Positions 9,261 through 19,314 of a DNA stretch of 64,000 nucleotides are shown in pieces. Position numbers and translations under genes: made by a program. Origin of the DNA: an uncultured Candidatus Saccharibacteria bacterium (GTDB lineage: Bacteria; Patescibacteriota; Minisyncoccia; Phycocordibacterales; G965230995); the NCBI GenBank assembly GCA_965230995.1, contig OZ246398.1, positions 592,213 through 656,212 of the forward strand, in the 5' to 3' direction. Below the pieces are notes generated by a model. The model was not told the DNA's origin and made no database searches. It saw nothing but the letters and a program-made list of their open reading frames with translations. Numbering within the stretch: position 1 is the stretch's first letter; each line of letters opens with the position of its first letter.

Positions 9261-10787
9261 ATGAACGAAAAACCAATGCAGGATTTAGACGAAAGAGATG
9301 TACGTGAAAAAGAGGCCGTTGCCCTAAAGAAAGCGGGCAAAATTATCTACAAAGACCGTTTTGATAGAACACACACCTCGCTTCAGGTGGCAAATGATTT
9401 TACCGCAGACAAAACACGCGCTTTTGATGATATTGCAAATGAACCAAAAAAACTTGTTTCTGTATCAGGAAGGGTAATGTCAGTCCGAAGTCATGGAAAA
9501 ATTTCATTTCTAAACATTCAGGATGCCGAAGGACAAGTCCAGATTGCTCTCAAGCAGGATATTCTAGGTGATGAACAATACAAAGAATACACAGAAGGCA
9601 TTCGTGTTGCTGATTTTATTGGTGTGTCTGGTGAACCATTTTTTACAAAACAAAACAAGCTCGCAATTCTTGCGATGGATGTTGTTTTGCTTTCAAAAGC
9701 ACTCCGCCCAATTCCAAAAGAACATTTTGGCATTGAAGATATAGAAACAAAATATCGCCAAAGATATCTGGATTTGATTTTGAACGAAGACACAAGAAAG
9801 AGATTTATAGTTCGTTCAAAAGTCGTTCAATCCTTGCGTCAGTGGCTACTTCAAAATAATTTTATGGAAGTCTCTACACGCTCGCTACATTCTGTGGCTG
9901 GCGGTGCTATGGCGGAAACATTTAATACTCATCATAATGCTTTAGACGAGGATTTTTCTTTGCGTATTTCACCAGAGCTAGATCTCAAAATGTGTGTAGT
10001 GGGTGGATTTGAAAGAGTTTTTGAATTTGCGATTTGCTATAGAAATGAAGGAATGGATCCATCACACGTTCAAGAATTCCAAATGCTTGAATGGTATTGT
10101 GCCTACGAGAATTATGAGGCTGGTATGAAATGGACCGAAGAAATGGTACGCAAGGCAGTACAGGACGCTCTAGGAGGCCTTGTGTTCAATGTTTTTGACA
10201 AGGATGGTGTGGAACACAGCATTGATTTTTCAAAGCCAATTCCAAAGGTAAAATTTGCCGACTTGCTAAAAGAGCATGCAGGAATCGATATGCTCGAAAC
10301 ATCCGATAAGGAATTGGTAAAAAAGGCAGTTTCTCTGGGGATAGACAAAAAAGAAGCCGAGGGACGTTCACGTGGAAACTTGCTTGATGATATTTATAAA
10401 AAGACTGCAAGACCAAAACTAATTCAGCCAGTTTTTGTGACGCATTATCCGGTAGAAATTGTGCCTCTTGCAAGACCGAGCGACGAGGATAGTAGAATTG
10501 CCGAAAGCTATCAGCTACTTATTGGAGGTTGGGAAGTTGTCAAAGCATATTCAGAATTGGTTGATCCTATAATTCAGAGAGAAAAATTTATGGAACAAGC
10601 CAAAGCCAAAGCTGGGGGTGATAAAGAAGCAATGGAATTAAACGAAGAATTTCTCACTGCAATGGAACATGGCATGCCACCTATTACTGGTTGGGGTATG
10701 GGAATTGAAAGATTTGTGACTCTGATCACGGGTCAAAAAAACCTTCGCGACGTTGTGCTATTTCCAACAATGAAGCCGGAGAAATAA
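9261..10787 (+). CDS. lysS: Lysyl-tRNA synthetase (class II).
   Basis: N-terminal OB anticodon domain. Class II motifs FEFAICYRNEG and GMGIERFV. Confidence 0.9.
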   Translation: MNEKPMQDLDERDVREKEAVALKKAGKIIYKDRFDRTHTSLQVANDFTADKTRAFDDIANEPKKLVSVSGRVMSVRSHGKISFLNIQDAEGQVQIALKQDILGDEQYKEYTEGIRVADFIGVSGEPFFTKQNKLAILAMDVVLLSKALRPIPKEHFGIEDIETKYRQRYLDLILNEDTRKRFIVRSKVVQSLRQWLLQNNFMEVSTRSLHSVAGGAMAETFNTHHNALDEDFSLRISPELDLKMCVVGGFERVFEFAICYRNEGMDPSHVQEFQMLEWYCAYENYEAGMKWTEEMVRKAVQDALGGLVFNVFDKDGVEHSIDFSKPIPKVKFADLLKEHAGIDMLETSDKELVKKAVSLGIDKKEAEGRSRGNLLDDIYKKTARPKLIQPVFVTHYPVEIVPLARPSDEDSRIAESYQLLIGGWEVVKAYSELVDPIIQREKFMEQAKAKAGGDKEAMELNEEFLTAMEHGMPPITGWGMGIERFVTLITGQKNLRDVVLFPTMKPEK

Positions 10788-10859
10788 ATATTTTAGGTAA
10801 TGTTTAACCCCGCTCCAGCAACCTGGCGGGCGGGGTCTAGGTTCGTGTTGAACCGGGAA

Positions 10860-11105
10860 TCAGTGGCGGAATGGGGGTTCGTTCTCCCACGTTTGCTGGC
10901 TGCGTTTGAGGTGTTCCGATTGGGCACGGAAGTAGGTCACATTGTCAGTTCCGGCATCGGACTCCTTGGTTGTGGGTTCACCCGTTTTGAGCTCTGTGGC
11001 AGCCTTGACTGCCGCCGCAACAAGCATCTGGTTGAAATCAGGGTCACCTGTGACGAGAACTGTGGTACTCATCGTGTCATCCGTGACGAGGACTGTGGTG
11101 CTCAT
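10860..11105 (-). CDS. Hypothetical small protein (81 aa) with an N-terminal tandem repeat, in a GC-rich patch.
   Basis: AAGGGGGTG SD before the start. MSTTVLVTDDT/MSTTVLVTGDP duplication. A GC-rich bidirectional hairpin follows at 10805-10835. Confidence 0.35.
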   Translation of the reverse strand: MSTTVLVTDDTMSTTVLVTGDPDFNQMLVAAAVKAATELKTGEPTTKESDAGTDNVTYFRAQSEHLKRSQQTWENEPPFRH

Positions 11106-11172
11106 AGTGCCACCCCCTTCTTTTCTTAATACAAATTAGCATAAAAATTGCACATTTGCTAGAATTAGCAAT

Positions 11173-12138
11173 ATGAAAAAATTGATATCGGGCGTCAAGC
11201 CAACAGGGAGGCCTCATATTGGAAATTATTTCGGAGCAATGCGTCAATTTGTGGAAATGCAGGACAAATTTGACTCTACTATTTTTATTGCAGACCTTCA
11301 CGCTCTCACTACTGTACAAAATAGGGAAGAAATGAGTAGTAATATTCTTGATTTGGCGACTGATTATCTTGCAATAGGTTTGGATCCAAAAAAAGTGACT
11401 TTGTTCAAACAATCAGACACTCCAGAAGTCGCCACTCTCGGTTGGATTTTTAACTGCATCACAACGATGCCGTATTTGATGAGGGCACACGCTTTCAAAG
11501 ATGCTGAAGCAAAAAACAAAGAAATAAATGTTGGTATTTTCGATTACCCGTTACTTATGGCAGCGGATATCTTGGTACACGACAGTGAAATTGTGCCAGT
11601 AGGAGAAGACCAAAAACAGCATGTGGAATATGCTCGTGACACAGCAGAAAAATTTAATCGTATTTTTGGCGAGACATTTATTTTGCCAAAGGCTCACATA
11701 CTAGAAGCAGTAAAGGTTGTACCCGGCACAGACGGTCGCAAAATGAGCAAGAGCTACAGCAACACGATTCCTCTTTTTGCTGATTTGGAAACAATAAAAA
11801 AAGCAGTGATGAGCATTCCTACAGATTCTCTCGGTGTATCTCTCCCAAAGCCAGAATACAAAAAGGATAATGTTTTCAAATTGCACGAATTATTTACAAC
11901 AGGTGATGAGTTTTCAAAGATTGAAGAAGGATACAAAAATGGTGGTTTAGGATATGGTGATTCAAAAAAGATTCTCATAAAGAATATTGATGCATTCATT
12001 GCTCCAATGAGAGAGAAAAGAGAGGGAATTGCAAAAGATAAAGATTATGTAATTTCTGTACTCGCAGATGGTGCAAAAAAAGCGCGAAAACAAGTGCAAT
12101 CTAAAATGGAGGAGGTTTATAAAAAGGTGGGCTTTTAG
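11173..12138 (+). CDS. trpS: Tryptophanyl-tRNA synthetase.
   Basis: HIGH-type GRPHIGNYFG and KMSKS; class Ic layout. Confidence 0.9.
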   Translation: MKKLISGVKPTGRPHIGNYFGAMRQFVEMQDKFDSTIFIADLHALTTVQNREEMSSNILDLATDYLAIGLDPKKVTLFKQSDTPEVATLGWIFNCITTMPYLMRAHAFKDAEAKNKEINVGIFDYPLLMAADILVHDSEIVPVGEDQKQHVEYARDTAEKFNRIFGETFILPKAHILEAVKVVPGTDGRKMSKSYSNTIPLFADLETIKKAVMSIPTDSLGVSLPKPEYKKDNVFKLHELFTTGDEFSKIEEGYKNGGLGYGDSKKILIKNIDAFIAPMREKREGIAKDKDYVISVLADGAKKARKQVQSKMEEVYKKVGF

Positions 12139-12178
12139 GTGGATTGCGTAGTATTAAAAATATCAGTAAAAATTAATC

Positions 12179-12871
12179 ATGCTATCAATTTTATTCAAGC
12201 TTCTCTTTACTATTGGGGTCTCTATATTTGTTACAATATTTCTTAATGTAAAAGGTTATTTTAGTGACATGACCACAGTAGTTCTTTCTGCTATAACTGC
12301 CATATTATTATATCTGATCCTTAATAATTCAAATGTTAACGTATTTCTCAGTAAAATTTTTCAGGTTATAAAGAACGGTGCATCGTTAATTCATAAAATT
12401 ATTATCTCTGAAATATTATTGGTAGGAATCATTTATTCATTCGTATGGTTCGATTACACAACCAAATGTGATCAATGTGTTTCAGTATCTGAGTATTTGA
12501 TGCTTGTTTTGTTTTTTGTTATTACTATATCTACACTAATTTTGTTATCGTTAGATGTATATAGGGTTGCTAAGAATAATTACGATAATAACACCTTATT
12601 ATTACTTAATAGGTCAATTATTTTGTCAGCGTTTGGTTGGACAATTACACTGCTTGCTAGTCTTCTAATTTTTTCTTCAACTAGCGAAAGTACTCTGCCT
12701 CTATTTTGTTTTAGTATATCAGGAATTGTCTCGTTGCTAATGAATAGCATAATGCTATTTATAAAATCCAGATTTTTTCATTGTTTTTTAAGCGTCTTAA
12801 TTTTAATTATTTTTACAGGAATAACATTTTCGATTTCCTTTCTTGCAAACATTAGTTCATTTGTATTATAA
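12179..12871 (+). CDS. Polytopic membrane protein of unknown function.
   Basis: About six hydrophobic helices. AT-rich native composition. Confidence 0.5.
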   Translation: MLSILFKLLFTIGVSIFVTIFLNVKGYFSDMTTVVLSAITAILLYLILNNSNVNVFLSKIFQVIKNGASLIHKIIISEILLVGIIYSFVWFDYTTKCDQCVSVSEYLMLVLFFVITISTLILLSLDVYRVAKNNYDNNTLLLLNRSIILSAFGWTITLLASLLIFSSTSESTLPLFCFSISGIVSLLMNSIMLFIKSRFFHCFLSVLILIIFTGITFSISFLANISSFVL

Positions 12872-12899
12872 ATATATAGTCCGAATCTTGAGATTTATA

Positions 12900-13266
12900 A
12901 TAATAAAAGAGTTTGCTTTCGGACTGTGTTAGTGGTATTTTATATACAAAGCAATGAAGCTGAAAACACAGCTGAGCTGAGGGAAGAACCGATACTACTG
13001 TCCGCCCAAGGCGGATTACGAAGTATCGTAATAGACCCCTACGGTAGCGCCCGTCACGCGCATTGGTTCGCCGTAACAGTGATCTGTGTAGGTGACCATT
13101 GGTTCGCCGAAGCATTGCGAAGGCGACCCTGATAAGCTTTGACCGCCTGCGTTATTAAACTTTGGCGAGTCGAGGGAAGCAAGGTGGCACCGCGTCGTAA
13201 AGAACGCCCTTGCACGGAAGCGATTATTCGTTTTTGTGCAAGGGTGTTTTTATTTTATCCTCACAA
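12900..13266 (+). promoter_or_regulatory. T-box riboswitch leader controlling aspS.
   Basis: T-box consensus AAGGUGGCACCGCG at 13181-13194 (UGGC implies a discriminator G). It overlaps an antiterminator/terminator pair, cccttgcac...gtgcaaggg plus U-run, at 13207-13266. The GC-rich structured upstream region contains a GAC triplet in a candidate specifier loop. Confidence 0.7.
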
Positions 13267-13298
13267 AAATTCGCTCCATTATCAGTAATTATAAGAAC

Positions 13299-14699
13299 AT
13301 GCAAAGAACATATATTGGTTCCCTCGGGGAACAAAAAGGACAGGAAGTCACCATCAAGGGATGGGTAGATGTCCGTCGCGATCAAGGAAAATTAATTTTC
13401 TTTGATTTTCGTGATATGACCGGATATGTGCAGGGTGTTGTTTTACCAAAATCTCCGGCAATGGAGAAAGCGGGAGAGCTCCGTCCTGAGTGGGTAGTAG
13501 AGATTAAAGGCAAGGTCAATCCAAGGCCTGAAAAAAATGTTCAAGCCGAAAAACAGAACGGTGATATTGAACTTGAAATATTAGATATAAATGTTTTGAA
13601 CAAATCAGAAGCATTGCCAATAGATATTTACGGCGACGGAAAAGAAATCAATGAAGAAGTCAGATTAAAATACAGGTACTTGGATATGCGACGCCCAAGA
13701 CTTCAGAGAATCTTTAGAAATAGACACAAAATTCAACAAGAGACACGTAATTTCTTTACAAAGGAAGGCTTTGTCGAGGTTGAAACTCCAATGATGACAA
13801 GATCTACTCCGGAAGGATCACGTGACTATGTTGTGCCTTCAAGACTAGAGCAGGGAAAGTTTTATGCTCTCCCACAGTCACCTCAGCAATACAAACAGCT
13901 TCTTATGGCTGGTGGTATGGAAAAATATTTTCAATTCGCGAGATGTTTTCGTGACGAAGATACAAGAGGCGACAGACAGCCAGAATTCACACAGATGGAC
14001 TTGGAAATGAGCTTTGTTGAACAAGAAGACGTGATGGCAATAAACGAAAAGGCGCTCATTCATATAGTAAAGACTCTGTATCCACACAAAAAATTCCAGG
14101 AATTACCTTTTCCAAGAATGACCTACAAGGAAGCAATGGAAAAGTATGGAAGCGACAAGCCAGATATCAGAAAAGACAAAAATGATCCAGACTTGCTCGC
14201 ATTTCTTTGGGTTGTAGATTTTCCTTTCTTTGAAAAGGATGATACTAGTCCTTCAGGTTGGACATTCACACACAACCCATTCTCAAGACCAAAGCCAGAA
14301 CATATGGATATGCTCATGAAAAAAGAAAACATTGGCGATATTTTAACCACTCAATATGACATCACATTGAACGGCTATGAGATTGGTGGGGGAAGTATTA
14401 GAAACCACGAACCAGAAGCTCTGAAAAAAGTTTTTGAAGTTATGGGCTACGAAGACACTCGTATTGAAAACAACTTTGGACATATGCTCAAAGCATTCAA
14501 AATGGGCACACCTCCACACGGTGGAATAGCGTGGGGATTTGATAGATTCCTTATGCTCCTTGAATGTGAGCCAAATATCCGCGAAGTAATTCCATTTGCC
14601 AAAACAGGCGAGGGCAAGGACCCAATGATGGAATCTCCGGCAGATATCAGAGAAGAACAACTGCTCGAATTAGGTATTACAGTTAAAAAGAAGAAATAA
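13299..14699 (+). CDS. aspS: Aspartyl-tRNA synthetase (class II, short form).
   Basis: OB domain. Motifs FQFARCFRDED, QMDLEMSF and GGGSIRNH. Start chosen downstream of the T-box terminator; the ORF-track start at 13236 overlaps the leader. Confidence 0.85.
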   Translation: MQRTYIGSLGEQKGQEVTIKGWVDVRRDQGKLIFFDFRDMTGYVQGVVLPKSPAMEKAGELRPEWVVEIKGKVNPRPEKNVQAEKQNGDIELEILDINVLNKSEALPIDIYGDGKEINEEVRLKYRYLDMRRPRLQRIFRNRHKIQQETRNFFTKEGFVEVETPMMTRSTPEGSRDYVVPSRLEQGKFYALPQSPQQYKQLLMAGGMEKYFQFARCFRDEDTRGDRQPEFTQMDLEMSFVEQEDVMAINEKALIHIVKTLYPHKKFQELPFPRMTYKEAMEKYGSDKPDIRKDKNDPDLLAFLWVVDFPFFEKDDTSPSGWTFTHNPFSRPKPEHMDMLMKKENIGDILTTQYDITLNGYEIGGGSIRNHEPEALKKVFEVMGYEDTRIENNFGHMLKAFKMGTPPHGGIAWGFDRFLMLLECEPNIREVIPFAKTGEGKDPMMESPADIREEQLLELGITVKKKK

Positions 14700-14702
14700 G
14701 GT

Positions 14703-14731
14703 AAAGGCTCCTTCGGGAGCTTTTCCTTTTA
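14703..14731 (+). terminator. Rho-independent terminator.
   Basis: aaggctcc-ttcg-ggagcttt stem plus a T-run. Confidence 0.7.
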
Positions 14732-14760
14732 TAATTCCCTTAAATTGATATTATAGATAT

Positions 14761-15522
14761 ATGCTAGTTGGCAGACCGATTTTTAGTATTAAGACAGAGA
14801 GCTTCGAGGGTCCCCTCGATCTTTTGCTTTCGCTTGTTGAAAAGAGAAAGCTTTTCATCAATGATATTTCGCTTTCAAAAGTGACGGATGATTTTATTGA
14901 ACACATAAACCAAATTACTGAAAACAATCTTGAAAATAGAGCAAATTTTATTGTCGTAGCTTCTACTCTTTTGCTTATAAAATCAAAATCTCTTTTACCA
15001 ACACTTGATTTGACTACCGAAGAACAAGGCGACATATCAGACCTGGAACTGAGATTGAAGTTGCTCTCAAAATACAAAGAAGCATCAGAATTTGTAAAAA
15101 AAATATTTGGTAAAAATATTTCTTTTGAAGGAGTGGGCGAAAGGGAACAGATAAGCGTTTTTGCCCCGCACGAATCAATTACCAAAGACAACATCTATTC
15201 GGCAATTTTGTCTGTTATCGAATCTCTTCCTAAAAAAGAAAAAGTTCCATCAATTCTTGTAAAGAAAGTTGTATCACTTGAAGAAACTATTGATATTCTG
15301 TCCAAAAGAATTGCTTCGAGCCTCAAAATGACTTTCAAAGACTTTTCATCAAAAAACCTTGGCGGTGCTGATATTGCTGAAATAAAAGTAAATGTGATTG
15401 TTAGTTTCCTCGCAATGCTAGAATTAGTAAAACAAGGCATAATTTCTGTTGAGCAGGAAAGTCGTTTTGGAGAAATCAATATGCAATCAAAGACAGTAGA
15501 GGTACCTAGATATGATATATAA
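14761..15522 (+). CDS. scpA: Segregation and condensation protein A.
   Basis: FEGPLDLLLSLVEKRKL signature. Confidence 0.85.
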   Translation: MLVGRPIFSIKTESFEGPLDLLLSLVEKRKLFINDISLSKVTDDFIEHINQITENNLENRANFIVVASTLLLIKSKSLLPTLDLTTEEQGDISDLELRLKLLSKYKEASEFVKKIFGKNISFEGVGEREQISVFAPHESITKDNIYSAILSVIESLPKKEKVPSILVKKVVSLEETIDILSKRIASSLKMTFKDFSSKNLGGADIAEIKVNVIVSFLAMLELVKQGIISVEQESRFGEINMQSKTVEVPRYDI

Positions 15523-15539
15523 AATTAAAAATTTCAAAT

Positions 15540-16076
15540 ATGAATACTGAAAATAAAATTGAAGCAATACTTTTTTACAATGGAGGGAGTATGAAGATTG
15601 CCGAGCTTTCAAAAGTTCTCGGTTTAGGTATAGATGAAATAAAATCATCACTGGAAATTCTTGAAAAAAATATTTCAGGACGTGGAATTGTTCTGGTGAG
15701 AAAAGAAGATGAAGTTATGCTTCGAACACATCCCGAAATTTCAGATTTAATTGAAAAAATTACAAAAGAAGAATTATCAAAAGATTTGGGTAGGGCAGGG
15801 CTTGAAACATTGTCTATCATTTTATACAAAAACCCAATCAGCAAAAAAGAACTAGAATATATTAGAGGTGTAAAATCATCTTTTATTTTAAGAACACTTT
15901 TGATCAGGGGATTAGTAGAGAGAATTTCTGATCCGAAAGATGCAAGGTCACATCTATACAAACCGACACTAGAATTATTTGGTTTTCTCGGAATATCAAA
16001 GATTGAAGACTTACCAGAATACGAAAATATTAAAAAGTCAATAACTGAATTCGAAACCCAAAAAGAACAGGCTTAA
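15540..16076 (+). CDS. scpB: Segregation and condensation protein B.
   Basis: IEAILFYNGGSMKIAELSKVLG winged-helix repeats; adjacent to scpA. Confidence 0.8.
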   Translation: MNTENKIEAILFYNGGSMKIAELSKVLGLGIDEIKSSLEILEKNISGRGIVLVRKEDEVMLRTHPEISDLIEKITKEELSKDLGRAGLETLSIILYKNPISKKELEYIRGVKSSFILRTLLIRGLVERISDPKDARSHLYKPTLELFGFLGISKIEDLPEYENIKKSITEFETQKEQA

Positions 16077-16118
16077 TATTAGTGTTTTTGTTATATTTTG
16101 TGATAATATAATTTTTGT

Positions 16119-17087
16119 ATGAGCAAAGAACAAATAGAAAAAACAAAAATTGCTAGTTTTCTTTTTCTTTCGCTTCTTCTTGCTATCCAGGTAGTTTCAT
16201 CTCTCAAAAATGTAATCGTAAGCAATTTAATACAGAATAAACAAGAAAATATTTCTATTGACGAAAACGCAGTTTTGAGAGCTCTTGCATATGAAGATAT
16301 AAACATAATGGCAAAAAGCGTTGCCGTTTATGACATTAATACAAGCAGATTTATTTTTGAAAAAAATTCAAGCGAGGTAAGACCTATCGCATCTATAACA
16401 AAAGTCGTGTCAGCATTGGTATCGAGTGACGAAATAGGCGAAAATGATAAAATTGCAATTAACAAAGAATCTATTGGTCAAGCAGATGACAACGGACTAC
16501 TTTTGGGTGAAATTTGGCCATTCAAAAAATTGCTCGATTTTTCTTTGCTTGTTTCTTCAAATGACGGCGCGTATGCAATTGCAAACATAGCAGGTTCTAT
16601 TTCAAAAGATAATCTAGAAGAAAAGGAGCAAAATAATCCAATTGATGTTTTTGTTCAAAAAATGAACCAAAAGTCAAAAATGATAGGTCTTGAGAATACA
16701 TTTTTTAATAATCCAAGCGGATTAGACATAGATGAATACGAAGCTGGAGGATATAGTTCTGCAAGAGAAATCGCATTACTGATGTCTTATGTTCTAAGGG
16801 AAAAGCCAACGCTCCTCGAAGCGACTTCGCTTGCAACTGAGGATTTTGTTTCTGATAACAACATTGTGCATAGTGCAAAAAATACTAACGCAGCACTTTC
16901 CTCGATACCAGCTCTGATGGCCTCAAAAACTGGATATACTAAACTTGCGGGTGGAAATCTTGCTGTAATTTATGACGTTGGTGTAGGAAAACCAGTGGTT
17001 GTTGTGGTCCTCGGATCTGGCTACAGCGAAAGATTTTCTGATATGTCAGAAATAGTCAAAGCTACCAACAAATATTTTTCTATTTAA
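16119..17087 (+). CDS. D-alanyl-D-alanine carboxypeptidase (S11, PBP5-like).
   Basis: SITK (SxxK), SSND (SxN) and KTGYT (KTG), with a signal-anchor N-terminus. Confidence 0.75.
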   Translation: MSKEQIEKTKIASFLFLSLLLAIQVVSSLKNVIVSNLIQNKQENISIDENAVLRALAYEDINIMAKSVAVYDINTSRFIFEKNSSEVRPIASITKVVSALVSSDEIGENDKIAINKESIGQADDNGLLLGEIWPFKKLLDFSLLVSSNDGAYAIANIAGSISKDNLEEKEQNNPIDVFVQKMNQKSKMIGLENTFFNNPSGLDIDEYEAGGYSSAREIALLMSYVLREKPTLLEATSLATEDFVSDNNIVHSAKNTNAALSSIPALMASKTGYTKLAGGNLAVIYDVGVGKPVVVVVLGSGYSERFSDMSEIVKATNKYFSI

Positions 17088-17127
17088 TCCTTTGCCGAAG
17101 TACTATTATTGCGTATAATTAATCGAT

Positions 17128-18201
17128 ATGATAATAGACATCGTAAAGGTATTCGTACCATCAGTATTTTCATTTGCTTTTGGAATATTATTCACTCCGA
17201 TACTTACAAACTTTTTATACAAACACCAGATGTGGAAGAAAAAATCTGGCAAAGTAGATATGACGGGAAAAGCAACACCTCTTTTTAATGAACTACATAA
17301 AGAAAAGGAAGTTGGCACACCCCGAATGGGCGGAATTGTCATCTGGTTTTCTAGTTTATCTATCGTTACGGTATTTTGGATTTTATCAAAAGTATTTACA
17401 GGCGAAGTCTTTTCAAAACTAGACTTTTTAAGTCGTGACCAAACTTGGATACCAGTGTTCACGCTTTTTGCTGGAGCAATAATTGGATTGATAGATGATT
17501 ATTTGGAAATAAAAGGAAGCAGGGATCACGTCGCGGGTGGGCTTTCTCTTAAAAAGCGACTTCTCGCTGTCGGCTTAATCGGACTGTTTATTGGATATTG
17601 GTTTTACAGCAAGCTCGATGTTGTTTCTATTGGACTACCTGGAAACGGTGAATTAATTATCGGCTGGCTCATAATTCCGCTTTTTGCTCTCGTAATGACC
17701 TTTATTTATTCCGGTGGAATTATTGATGGAATTGACGGCCTATCTGGTGGAGTATTTGCAACAATTTTTGCCGCATATGCTGGTATTGCATTTTATCAAC
17801 ACCAGATTAACCTAGCGGCATTTTGTACAGTTTTAGTTGGTGGAATTCTTGCGTTTCTATGGTTCAACGTGCCACCGGCAAGATTTTATATGACAGAAAC
17901 CGGAAGCATGGCTCTCACAATTACACTCGCAGTTGTTGCATTTATGACTGATACTTTAGGGGGAGGATATGGTCTGCTTGTTTTGCCAATAATTGCCTTG
18001 CCCCTAGTTGTGACTACCTTATCAAATGTAATTCAAGTTGCATCAAAAAAATTACGAAATGGGAAAAAAGTATTTCTAATTGCTCCTCTACATCATCATT
18101 TCGAGGCGCTTGGCTGGCCATCATATAAAGTCACAATGAGATACTGGATATTCTCTGTTATGCTTGCTGTCTTTGGAATGTCACTTGCTCTCATTGGATA
18201 A
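17128..18201 (+). CDS. mraY: Phospho-N-acetylmuramoyl-pentapeptide transferase.
   Basis: GLIDDY and PLHHHFE motifs; polytopic. Confidence 0.9.
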   Translation: MIIDIVKVFVPSVFSFAFGILFTPILTNFLYKHQMWKKKSGKVDMTGKATPLFNELHKEKEVGTPRMGGIVIWFSSLSIVTVFWILSKVFTGEVFSKLDFLSRDQTWIPVFTLFAGAIIGLIDDYLEIKGSRDHVAGGLSLKKRLLAVGLIGLFIGYWFYSKLDVVSIGLPGNGELIIGWLIIPLFALVMTFIYSGGIIDGIDGLSGGVFATIFAAYAGIAFYQHQINLAAFCTVLVGGILAFLWFNVPPARFYMTETGSMALTITLAVVAFMTDTLGGGYGLLVLPIIALPLVVTTLSNVIQVASKKLRNGKKVFLIAPLHHHFEALGWPSYKVTMRYWIFSVMLAVFGMSLALIG

Positions 18202-18206
18202 TAACA

Positions 18207-19310
18207 ATGATATCGTTTACAAAAATCGATAAGTTATTTCTTGCGATTACAGCACTCTTAGTATTTGCTGGTTTTTTGATTTTTAATTCCGCTTCAATGG
18301 GATTGCTTGCCAAAGCAGGTTCGAATTTTGAAGGCGTTGCAATAAAACAAATAGTAATAGGTTTTATTGGTGGAGGTTTAATGGCTCTTGTATTATCTCA
18401 GGTTCAATATACTTTTTATAAAAAATACGCATTTTATATTTTTTTATTATCGATTATTGCAACATTACTTGTGTTTGTACCCGCATTACAGTTATCTCAT
18501 GGCGGGGCAACTAGATGGATTACTTTATTTGGTTTTTCACTCCAACCAGCTGAAATATTAAAATTTGGTTTTGTTGTTTACGTTGCTGCGTGGTTATCAA
18601 AAAATCAAAAAACAGTAAAAACTTTCAGCGGTGGTTTTGTTCCTTTTTTTATAATCTCATCAATCGTTGCTGTCATACTGTTACTTCAACCAGACACGGA
18701 TACTCTCGCTGTTATATTATTTTCAGGACTTGCAATGTATTTTGTGGCCGGAGCACCCATCAAACATATTTTGCTTTTGGTGTTAATCGGAATAATCGGA
18801 CTAGGTGGCCTTGCGTTTATAAGACCGTATATAAAAGAAAGAATGCTTACTTTGCTCCATCCAACTAGGGACATTTTAGGCTCGGGCTATCAAGTAAACC
18901 AGTCATTAATTGCAATTGGTTCTGGCGGAGTTACAGGTAGGGGGTTTGGTCAAAGCATACAAAAATTTAACTATTTACCGGAGCCAACTAGTGACTCGAT
19001 TTTTGCTGTTGCAGCCGAAGAATTCGGTTTTGTTGGTTCACTTATATTAATAATTTTGTATCTATCATTTGGATTACGTGGCCTAAATATATCAAGCAGA
19101 TCACCAGATATGTTCAGTAGACTACTCGTGCTCGGAATTGTTATAATAATCATAACGCAATCGTTCGTTAATATTTCGGCGATGCTTGCGATAATACCAC
19201 TTTCTGGAATACCGCTCGTTTTTGTAAGTCACGGAGGAACAGCAATGCTTATAGCCCTATCTCTGGTTGGTGTTATTCTTAATATTTCAACGCATTTAGT
19301 AAAAAAATGA
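18207..19310 (+). CDS. ftsW: SEDS-family peptidoglycan glycosyltransferase (FtsW/RodA).
   Basis: 10-TM SEDS fold. Sits between mraY and murG. Confidence 0.8.
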   Translation: MISFTKIDKLFLAITALLVFAGFLIFNSASMGLLAKAGSNFEGVAIKQIVIGFIGGGLMALVLSQVQYTFYKKYAFYIFLLSIIATLLVFVPALQLSHGGATRWITLFGFSLQPAEILKFGFVVYVAAWLSKNQKTVKTFSGGFVPFFIISSIVAVILLLQPDTDTLAVILFSGLAMYFVAGAPIKHILLLVLIGIIGLGGLAFIRPYIKERMLTLLHPTRDILGSGYQVNQSLIAIGSGGVTGRGFGQSIQKFNYLPEPTSDSIFAVAAEEFGFVGSLILIILYLSFGLRGLNISSRSPDMFSRLLVLGIVIIIITQSFVNISAMLAIIPLSGIPLVFVSHGGTAMLIALSLVGVILNISTHLVKK

Positions 19311-19314
19311 CACA

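Noticed and set aside
10800-11129. 109-aa plus-strand ORF in the lysS-trpS spacer.
   Set aside because: No SD. The opposite strand has a strong SD and a terminator. Both remain low confidence.
13236-13298. ORF-track start of aspS at 13236.
   Set aside because: It would begin inside the T-box terminator hairpin and U-tract. The internal Met at 13299 is the plausible start.
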